Shown here in pieces: positions 56,257 to 64,000 of a stretch of 64,000 bases of DNA. A program made the translations under genes and the position numbers. A model generated the notes under the pieces. That model worked only from the letters and a program-made list of their open reading frames with translations, made no database searches and was not told where the DNA came from. This DNA is from TPA_inf: Saccharomyces (Eukaryota). Within the stretch, counting starts at the first letter, position 1, and each line of letters opens with the position of its first letter. The DNA lies in NCBI GenBank assembly GCA_000146045.2, contig BK006935.2:96001-160000 (forward strand), given 5' to 3'.

Positions 56257-57876
56257 ATGCATCGTAAATCATTGAGGAGGGCTAGCGCTACTGTGCCTTC
56301 CGCTCCCTATCGAAAGCAGATTATTAGCAATGCACACAATAAACCAAGCCTTTTCTCTAAAATTAAAACTTTCTTTACCCAAAAAGATTCAGCCAGAGTG
56401 AGTCCAAGGAATAATGTTGCTAATAAACAACCACGCAATGAGTCTTTTAACAGAAGAATCTCAAGTATGCCTGGAGGTTATTTCCATTCTGAGATATCCC
56501 CAGATTCTACTGTAAACCGTTCCGTAGTTGTTTCTGCAGTGGGTGAAGCCAGAAACGACATTGAGAATAAAGAAGAGGAGTATGATGAAACACATGAAAC
56601 TAACATCTCCAATGCAAAGCTTGCAAACTTTTTTAGTAAAAAAGGTAATGAGCCTTTATCAGAAATTGAAATAGAGGGTGTGATGTCATTGTTACAAAAA
56701 TCAAGCAAATCCATGATAACTTCGGAAGGAGAACAAAAATCAGCCGAAGGTAATAATATCGACCAGTCGCTTATCTTGAAGGAGTCAGGAAGTACACCAA
56801 TCAGCATATCTAATGCGCCGACCTTCAACCCAAAATATGATACTTCAAATGCGTCAATGAATACGACTTTGGGAAGCATTGGTTCAAGAAAATACAGTTT
56901 CAATTATTCTAGCCTGCCCTCACCATACAAAACAACCGTTTATAGATATAGTGCAGCGAAAAAGATCCCCGATACATACACAGCCAACACATCTGCTCAA
57001 AGTATAGCATCTGCTAAATCGGTAAGAAGTGGTGTTTCAAAGTCAGCTCCTAGTAAGAAAATAAGTAATACAGCTGCGGCATTGGTCTCACTATTAGATG
57101 AAAATGACAGTAAGAAGAATAATGCAGCTTCAGAACTTGCTAATCCATACTCCTCATATGTAAGCCAAATACGCAAACATAAGAGAGTTTCTCCAAATGC
57201 TGCACCAAGGCAAGAGATCAGTGAAGAAGAAACTACTGTTAAGCCATTATTTCAAAACGTTCCTGAACAAGGCGAAGAACCAATGAAACAACTGAACGCC
57301 ACCAAAATTTCACCATCTGCGCCAAGCAAAGATTCTTTTACTAAATACAAACCTGCAAGGTCCTCATCCTTACGCTCAAATGTCGTCGTAGCTGAAACCT
57401 CACCTGAAAAGAAGGATGGTGGAGATAAACCTCCATCCTCTGCTTTTAACTTCTCGTTTAATACTTCAAGAAACGTTGAACCTACTGAGAATGCTTATAA
57501 GAGCGAGAACGCACCATCTGCATCATCAAAGGAATTCAATTTTACCAACCTACAGGCGAAGCCGTTAGTTGGAAAGCCAAAAACCGAACTTACAAAGGGC
57601 GATTCTACTCCCGTCCAACCAGATCTTTCGGTTACTCCTCAAAAAAGTTCATCGAAAGGCTTTGTTTTTAATAGTGTTCAAAAGAAATCACGGTCCAATC
57701 TTTCACAAGAAAACGATAATGAAGGTAAACATATCAGCGCCTCAATTGATAACGACTTTTCAGAGGAAAAGGCGGAAGAGTTTGATTTCAATGTTCCCGT
57801 GGTGTCTAAGCAGCTAGGAAATGGCTTGGTTGATGAAAATAAAGTTGAGGCTTTCAAGTCCCTATATACCTTTTGA
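56257..57876 (+). CDS. NUP60: Nuclear pore basket FG-nucleoporin
   Basis: 539-aa S/T/N-rich ORF with FxF motifs (FNFSFN, FVFN, FNFTN). Recognised as Nup60. Confidence 0.92.
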   Translation: MHRKSLRRASATVPSAPYRKQIISNAHNKPSLFSKIKTFFTQKDSARVSPRNNVANKQPRNESFNRRISSMPGGYFHSEISPDSTVNRSVVVSAVGEARNDIENKEEEYDETHETNISNAKLANFFSKKGNEPLSEIEIEGVMSLLQKSSKSMITSEGEQKSAEGNNIDQSLILKESGSTPISISNAPTFNPKYDTSNASMNTTLGSIGSRKYSFNYSSLPSPYKTTVYRYSAAKKIPDTYTANTSAQSIASAKSVRSGVSKSAPSKKISNTAAALVSLLDENDSKKNNAASELANPYSSYVSQIRKHKRVSPNAAPRQEISEEETTVKPLFQNVPEQGEEPMKQLNATKISPSAPSKDSFTKYKPARSSSLRSNVVVAETSPEKKDGGDKPPSSAFNFSFNTSRNVEPTENAYKSENAPSASSKEFNFTNLQAKPLVGKPKTELTKGDSTPVQPDLSVTPQKSSSKGFVFNSVQKKSRSNLSQENDNEGKHISASIDNDFSEEKAEEFDFNVPVVSKQLGNGLVDENKVEAFKSLYTF

Positions 57877-58064
57877 TAATGAAAATTTTAGCCGTGACAT
57901 AATTACCGTATAGCCCAACTCAATACGTAAGTTTGTGTAAAATACCATTCCAAGATGATATTATTTAGTCATTTTTTTTCCACTTTCTCAAAAAGAAGGA
58001 ATACCTTTAGCGGCTCTTATAAACTATAAATTTCTAGAAGATACATAAAAGGTTTTTAGTCTGA

Positions 58065-58724
58065 TCATAAAATTTTTTGCTTAACAAAAAATTTGCCCAG
58101 GTGTTTCATTTGCCAGCCACAAGTAACAGCGAGAACAATTAATTGAATGACAATCCACCACATAGCACGAGAATTAACAGCTTCAGAGGCGTCTCTAAAG
58201 GTAGCTTCACGATCTCTCATCAATTTTTGCTCTCTTCTAATTTCGCCGATCTTGGAGTTTAGGACGTTAACCTTGGCATGTAGAATGTCAATAGTGGCTT
58301 TACCCTTAGAATCTAACTTTTCATCAGAGCCCACTTGGAATTCAACGTCAATCTTCGTTTTAGCCTTAATCAACCAGCCACCAGCTTCGGGCTGAATACA
58401 GATTTTATGTTCACCCGAATCAGACGCAAGGAAAGTTAAATCACCACTTGCTGAACCTTTCTGATGAACAACCAGGTGGTTATCATCAAAAGTTTCCTCA
58501 ATATCAATCAAGACACCAAAATCTTGCGCACCAGCGTCTCTGTAATTTTGTAATTGGTCATCGTAAATTTGTGCCTTGTAAGTTGCTTGGAACAAAGTAC
58601 CTTTAGACAATTCCTTGTGGAAGCACTTACGTTCAGCACCAGAAGTATAATAATAGAACGCAGTAACTTGAGCTGGTAAAACTAGACAGCAGGCAAAAAC
58701 CTGTAAAAGAGAGGTTAAAAGCAT
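58065..58724 (-). CDS. ERP1: p24-family cargo receptor (GOLD domain, C-terminal TM)
   Basis: 219-aa ORF with signal peptide, GOLD domain, coiled coil and TM plus a short tail. Paralogous architecture to ERP2 at 41698-42345. Confidence 0.92.
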   Translation of the reverse strand: MLLTSLLQVFACCLVLPAQVTAFYYYTSGAERKCFHKELSKGTLFQATYKAQIYDDQLQNYRDAGAQDFGVLIDIEETFDDNHLVVHQKGSASGDLTFLASDSGEHKICIQPEAGGWLIKAKTKIDVEFQVGSDEKLDSKGKATIDILHAKVNVLNSKIGEIRREQKLMRDREATFRDASEAVNSRAMWWIVIQLIVLAVTCGWQMKHLGKFFVKQKIL

Positions 58725-59004
58725 GATTAGTAGAGAGATTGGTTACCTTTAAATACTTTTCCAAACTACAGAGGGAAGATAGAGTAAGTTTTGTATGTAC
58801 ACATTTCTGCTGATGTGTTTTTTTTTTTCAACTTATTACGCGATTCGTTTTTTTTTTACGGTAACAGAATACAGAATAAATTCACGTACAAAAATAGAGA
58901 ATATATAAAATAATAGGTTGACGATTATATTGGATCTTCCCCTGGGGTTCAAGAGTCGAGACCGAGTCCTTTTAGTTTGTGTATATCAGCTGGTTCTTTT
59001 CGTT

Positions 59005-60285
59005 ATGAACATCCTTTTACAGGATCCATTCGCTGTTCTTAAGGAACATCCTGAGAAGCTCACACATACGATTGAGAACCCTTTACGCACTGAATGTCTC
59101 CAGTTCAGTCCTTGCGGTGATTACCTGGCTCTTGGGTGTGCCAATGGAGCACTTGTTATTTACGATATGGATACGTTCAGGCCTATTTGTGTCCCAGGAA
59201 ATATGTTGGGAGCACATGTTCGACCCATTACATCTATCGCATGGTCTCCAGATGGTAGATTGTTGCTTACAAGCTCTAGAGACTGGTCAATAAAACTGTG
59301 GGATCTTTCAAAGCCAAGTAAGCCTTTGAAAGAAATACGATTCGATTCTCCAATTTGGGGTTGCCAATGGCTGGATGCTAAAAGGCGGCTTTGTGTAGCT
59401 ACGATATTTGAGGAAAGTGACGCATATGTTATTGACTTCAGCAATGATCCGGTCGCAAGCCTTCTCAGTAAATCAGACGAAAAACAATTGAGTTCGACAC
59501 CTGATCATGGATATGTTCTTGTTTGTACAGTACATACCAAACATCCAAATATTATTATTGTTGGAACTTCAAAAGGTTGGCTAGACTTCTATAAATTCCA
59601 TTCTCTATATCAAACAGAATGTATTCATTCCCTTAAAATCACGAGTTCTAATATCAAACATTTAATTGTCTCGCAAAATGGTGAAAGATTAGCTATTAAC
59701 TGCTCCGATAGAACAATAAGACAATACGAAATAAGTATTGATGATGAAAACTCTGCGGTTGAGTTGACCTTAGAGCATAAGTACCAGGATGTGATTAATA
59801 AATTACAGTGGAACTGTATCCTCTTTAGTAATAATACTGCCGAATACTTAGTCGCTTCTACACATGGTTCTTCTGCACATGAACTATACATCTGGGAAAC
59901 GACTAGTGGAACGTTGGTGAGAGTCCTGGAAGGGGCTGAAGAGGAGTTGATAGATATAAATTGGGACTTCTATAGTATGAGTATAGTGAGTAATGGTTTT
60001 GAATCTGGGAACGTGTATGTGTGGTCTGTTGTTATTCCGCCAAAGTGGAGTGCTTTGGCGCCAGATTTTGAAGAAGTAGAAGAGAATGTCGACTATTTGG
60101 AGAAGGAAGATGAATTTGATGAGGTCGATGAGGCAGAACAGCAGCAAGGACTAGAACAAGAGGAAGAAATAGCTATCGATCTTCGGACGAGAGAGCAATA
60201 TGATGTTAGAGGTAATAACTTGCTTGTAGAACGGTTCACAATCCCTACAGATTATACGAGGATAATTAAGATGCAGTCATCATAG
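59005..60285 (+). CDS. SWD1: COMPASS (Set1C) WD40 subunit
   Basis: Track ORF has 29 extra upstream codons. The known 426-aa protein starts MNILLQDPFAVLKEHPEKL. WD repeats (WSPDGRLLLTSSRDWSIKLWDL). Confidence 0.88.
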   Translation: MNILLQDPFAVLKEHPEKLTHTIENPLRTECLQFSPCGDYLALGCANGALVIYDMDTFRPICVPGNMLGAHVRPITSIAWSPDGRLLLTSSRDWSIKLWDLSKPSKPLKEIRFDSPIWGCQWLDAKRRLCVATIFEESDAYVIDFSNDPVASLLSKSDEKQLSSTPDHGYVLVCTVHTKHPNIIIVGTSKGWLDFYKFHSLYQTECIHSLKITSSNIKHLIVSQNGERLAINCSDRTIRQYEISIDDENSAVELTLEHKYQDVINKLQWNCILFSNNTAEYLVASTHGSSAHELYIWETTSGTLVRVLEGAEEELIDINWDFYSMSIVSNGFESGNVYVWSVVIPPKWSALAPDFEEVEENVDYLEKEDEFDEVDEAEQQQGLEQEEEIAIDLRTREQYDVRGNNLLVERFTIPTDYTRIIKMQSS

Positions 60286-60753
60286 GTTTCTCTTCAAAAG
60301 GAGAAAGTTTAAATAGGCAACTGACACTGAAGAGGTATAGTCATGCCTACCGCGATTTCTTTGACACAGAATTGAAAAATTTTGCATTTTTTGGTAATTT
60401 CCTAATAATACGAAGTGCAATAATCTCACTTTGATAGGAGCACGTCATGATGGTAATTTCATACTACTGAACGTAAATGTTGAAGGTGAATTTGTAAAGC
60501 TTTGTTATTTGAAGCTGTACACCTAAAGGGCGGTAAATTGTTGGGTGTTAGTACCATGCCATTAATTAGAATTTGTTAGCATTTTTATTCATTTGTGCAT
60601 TATGGGTTCAAATTCATATGACTGAACGTGTAGTTTCATATCCAGTCATCAAGAGATGCTGAACCGCCCTTCAAAAACTTGACGAAATAGAAGTTTTTTT
60701 TTTACATTTCTCATATGTTACATAGATTAAATAGTACTTGATTATTTGATACA

Positions 60754-62619
60754 TTAAGCTAACAAAGCCTTGGATAACTCATCGGCAAGATAGTCGGCTT
60801 CAGCCCTGTAATTCAAGCTGTGTAGGTTAGCAACGGTATATCTAATTCTGCTTTGATCATTGTATGTATCCTCACGCGCTCTAATCCTAAAGTCATATTC
60901 GTTCATTTGGATACTTTGAGTAATTTTTGTGAATTCGTTGGGGTCTTCTTCCTTCAAAGACATTAATGTATTAGCATCAACACCCAATAATTGTTTAGCT
61001 TGGTCGTCAAATAAAGTGAGCCATAGTTGATTGGTTTCGTCAATAATTGATATTGTCAAGATGTATCTCCAATTTGGCCTTGCATTATTGGTGTCGCACT
61101 TCTCACATCTCCAAGTACCATCAGGCTGTTCCAGAACTTTCTTATTACAATTCTCATTAGAACAGGCAGGATATGCAAAATTATCAACTTTTAAGAAACT
61201 TATAGCAGCTTTAACACTAAAAAAGTCACCTTTCTCGCTTCTTCCTAGATTTTCAGCTTGAGCTCTAGCAATAGTAATACGCTGAGCAATGAATTTTGTT
61301 AAGCTAGCAGCCGATTGACCACCCATACCGGGTTCTTGCTTTAAAGTGATGAAGTTTGCGTTGCGGCCCTTGGAATCATACCAACCCTTTAAGGCATATG
61401 CCTCAGGAATTTCTGGATTCGGAATCAGGGTACTAGAAAATCCCATAGACAAAGATTTGCCACCAAAATCCGTCACACGAACACCTTTAATGGCAGCAAC
61501 AGAACCTTCAGGAAGGTTGAAATCAAGGGCTTGCTGATTCCATAGGCCAACAGAGATAGAAAACCCAGAGTCGTCAACAATTGTGATGTCACGACGATCG
61601 AATTTCTTCCCAGCCCTTGAAGTTAGCTCAAAATGTGGGTTTATAGTTTGGATAATACCGAGGACGTCTACGTTGGAATTTACTTCCTGGTTCTGAATAG
61701 CATCTAGTTTGATGAAATTGAAATGGGTTTTCGGAACATTACTTTCATCGAAACATTCTTCTATAACAGTGTCTCTATCCAAATTCAGTTCATAAGGGTG
61801 TGTTAGATTAGTAAATTGGGGCTTAGCTGGTTGGAGTTTTGCCTTTGATACATAGTATACTTTGCCTTCTTGTAAAATTTCGTTAAATTTTGTAGCAAAA
61901 TCATTAAACGCCGTGGCTCGGATTTCTCCAGAGGTATCCAAGAAGTTGACATTGAATAGTTTACCATCACCTCTTTGATTGTGCCACGTTTTAATTTCTC
62001 CCTTGTAGGAAACTCTTGCTTTGATAGTCCAAACGTTTTGGTATGGAGACAGTTGTTCGATGGCAAAAATTGGTCTGGTTTTTTGCGAATTAGGGTTTTC
62101 ATTGGCGAATTTTCTCTCATTTGCATTCAAGTTTGAGTTTGAATGCAGCATATCAGGGACACCAGCATTGCTGGCGTTTGTTTGATTGGCAACATTACCA
62201 CTGTCAGTTATATCTTCGTCTTTTAAGGTTTCATTTGGATGCTCTGAGAAATAGTTATCCAAAAAAGTACTAGTTTGGTTGACCATATCAGCACGCGACT
62301 GGACCAACTCAAAGTCATCTACTAAAAGAACGTATTTCTTTCTTTCCCTGACAATAGCAGGTTCTGCAATTATCACGCGAATGATATCACCCCTTTGTAG
62401 TTCCATTGACTGGAACTTGGATGCAGCTTGGTTTCTCAACAGAGCCTTCATATGGTAAATACCATCGGAAATCATGATCAAATTCTTTCTGTTGCTGTTA
62501 GCCCCATCAGATTTCCTGGTGTTATAAACTTGATAAACGCCACCGGTGGGATTATCGTACCTTTGCTTATTGGTGAAGATGCTATGAAAATCGCCCCTCG
62601 AAAGTTGAACACTGCTCAT
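60754..62619 (-). CDS. RFA1: Replication protein A large subunit (OB folds, C-terminal zinc ribbon)
   Basis: 621-aa ORF with C4 zinc motif CSNENCNKK...CEKCD. Recognised as Rfa1. Confidence 0.95.
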   Translation of the reverse strand: MSSVQLSRGDFHSIFTNKQRYDNPTGGVYQVYNTRKSDGANSNRKNLIMISDGIYHMKALLRNQAASKFQSMELQRGDIIRVIIAEPAIVRERKKYVLLVDDFELVQSRADMVNQTSTFLDNYFSEHPNETLKDEDITDSGNVANQTNASNAGVPDMLHSNSNLNANERKFANENPNSQKTRPIFAIEQLSPYQNVWTIKARVSYKGEIKTWHNQRGDGKLFNVNFLDTSGEIRATAFNDFATKFNEILQEGKVYYVSKAKLQPAKPQFTNLTHPYELNLDRDTVIEECFDESNVPKTHFNFIKLDAIQNQEVNSNVDVLGIIQTINPHFELTSRAGKKFDRRDITIVDDSGFSISVGLWNQQALDFNLPEGSVAAIKGVRVTDFGGKSLSMGFSSTLIPNPEIPEAYALKGWYDSKGRNANFITLKQEPGMGGQSAASLTKFIAQRITIARAQAENLGRSEKGDFFSVKAAISFLKVDNFAYPACSNENCNKKVLEQPDGTWRCEKCDTNNARPNWRYILTISIIDETNQLWLTLFDDQAKQLLGVDANTLMSLKEEDPNEFTKITQSIQMNEYDFRIRAREDTYNDQSRIRYTVANLHSLNYRAEADYLADELSKALLA

Positions 62620-62965
62620 CTCTTGTAAGTATAATCTGGTCTTCTTGCTGGTTTCGCCTTTACCGTAATAAGAAGAGTGAATAGTTTTTGTTTTACGTGT
62701 AGAACTTAAAGTGATAACATTTGTTCAAGTAAACCTTTATGTTAGTTCACGCGTCTTTTGTCGCCTCGTCTAATTTTTACGCGTGACATTTTTCCAAGCA
62801 GAGATATTTTATTGAGCAGCGAAGAAGAGTTAGAGAATAAGAAAGTGATGCGATAAGAAATCCACCCAATTAGCATAGATCCTTTCGTATATGGCTGAAG
62901 AAGGTGGTACGCGCATAGCTATTAACATATATGCAAAAAGAACGGCAAAAGGCGAGGAGGTTTTT

Positions 62966-63793
62966 ATGCCACCGCTAGTATTTGACATAGATCACATCAA
63001 ACTTCTAAGGAAATGGGGTATTTGTGGTGTGTTATCTGGAACTTTGCCTACTGCAGCACAGCAAAATGTATTTTTGTCGGTACCTTTGAGGCTTATGTTA
63101 GAAGATGTGCTGTGGCTGCATTTGAACAATCTTGCCGATGTGAAATTAATAAGACAAGAGGGAGATGAGATTATGGAGGGAATAACATTAGAGCGGGGCG
63201 CCAAACTATCTAAAATTGTCAACGATCGTTTGAACAAGTCATTTGAATATCAGAGAAAGTTCAAAAAGGATGAACACATTGCAAAATTAAAGAAAATCGG
63301 TAGAATCAATGATAAAACCACAGCTGAAGAATTGCAACGGCTTGATAAATCTAGCAATAATGACCAGCTAATTGAATCTTCTTTGTTCATTGACATTGCT
63401 AATACCTCTATGATTTTAAGAGACATACGGAGTGATTCAGACAGCTTATCCCGCGATGATATCAGTGATTTGTTATTTAAGCAGTACAGACAGGCAGGAA
63501 AAATGCAGACCTATTTCTTATACAAGGCATTGAGAGATCAAGGGTACGTTTTGTCCCCAGGTGGACGTTTTGGTGGGAAGTTTATAGCATACCCTGGTGA
63601 TCCTCTTCGTTTCCATTCACATCTGACGATACAAGATGCGATTGATTATCATAATGAGCCGATTGACCTAATATCCATGATAAGTGGTGCAAGACTAGGA
63701 ACGACTGTGAAAAAACTTTGGGTCATAGGCGGTGTTGCGGAAGAGACAAAGGAAACTCATTTCTTCTCAATAGAATGGGCTGGATTTGGTTAA
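62966..63793 (+). CDS. SEN34: tRNA-splicing endonuclease catalytic subunit
   Basis: Track ORF has 25 extra upstream codons. The known 275-aa protein starts MPPLVFDIDHIKLLRKWGI. Confidence 0.88.
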   Translation: MPPLVFDIDHIKLLRKWGICGVLSGTLPTAAQQNVFLSVPLRLMLEDVLWLHLNNLADVKLIRQEGDEIMEGITLERGAKLSKIVNDRLNKSFEYQRKFKKDEHIAKLKKIGRINDKTTAEELQRLDKSSNNDQLIESSLFIDIANTSMILRDIRSDSDSLSRDDISDLLFKQYRQAGKMQTYFLYKALRDQGYVLSPGGRFGGKFIAYPGDPLRFHSHLTIQDAIDYHNEPIDLISMISGARLGTTVKKLWVIGGVAEETKETHFFSIEWAGFG

Positions 63794-63953
63794 GCTGGGA
63801 ATCAGTCATGTATAATTATTTTCTCAGAATTTATGTATTTATAAGGTTTTTCAGAAGCATACATATGTGTAATACAATTTTTAAATTTGCATTGATATTT
63901 TGATGCATTCAGCGGGAAAGTAGTTGTTTATCACTAGACATATAATTATGTTT

Positions 63954-63964
63954 ATTTATATTTA
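63954..63964 (+). promoter_or_regulatory. Perfect 11/11 ARS consensus match ATTTATATTTA just 3' of SEN34; candidate ARS109 core
   Basis: Read directly. The ARS assignment is from memory only. Confidence 0.4.
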
Positions 63965-64000
63965 GTGGGAGCAAAACAGTTTATTGAATGTTTACCAGAA

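Overview
This window is a Saccharomyces cerevisiae chromosome I segment that includes the point centromere CEN1. I identified it by recognising the translated ORFs; their order and lengths are unmistakable. From memory, not a search, it appears co-linear with the S288C reference at about chrI:96,001-160,000, with no net indels. Gene order runs DRS2 (3' part cut by the window edge), MAK16, LTE1, PMT2, FUN26, CCR4, ATS1, FUN30, LDS1, PSK1, TPD3, NTG1, SYN8, DEP1, CYS3, SWC3, MDM10, SPO7, FUN14, ERP2, tP(UGG)A, SSA1, EFB1, VPS8, TFC3, CEN1, NUP60, ERP1, SWD1, RFA1, SEN34. EFB1 has an intron hosting snoRNA snR18, and TFC3 has a 5' intron. Eight ORFs in the six-frame track run longer than the known proteins because of in-frame upstream ATGs (PMT2, ATS1, TPD3, CYS3, SWC3, MDM10, SWD1, SEN34); I trimmed their starts. 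I see no prokaryotic-style system, CRISPR, mobile element or Ty LTR. I find no evidence of a new biological system here. This is an ordinary, well-characterised centromere-proximal housekeeping region. The noteworthy sequence-level signals are CEN1, the snR18-bearing intron, the heat-shock elements (HSEs) of the SSA1 promoter, Cbf1 (CACGTG) sites, candidate ARS consensus sequence (ACS) matches, coding trinucleotide repeats in CCR4, several microsatellites and homopolymer tracts, and the in-frame N-terminal extension class.
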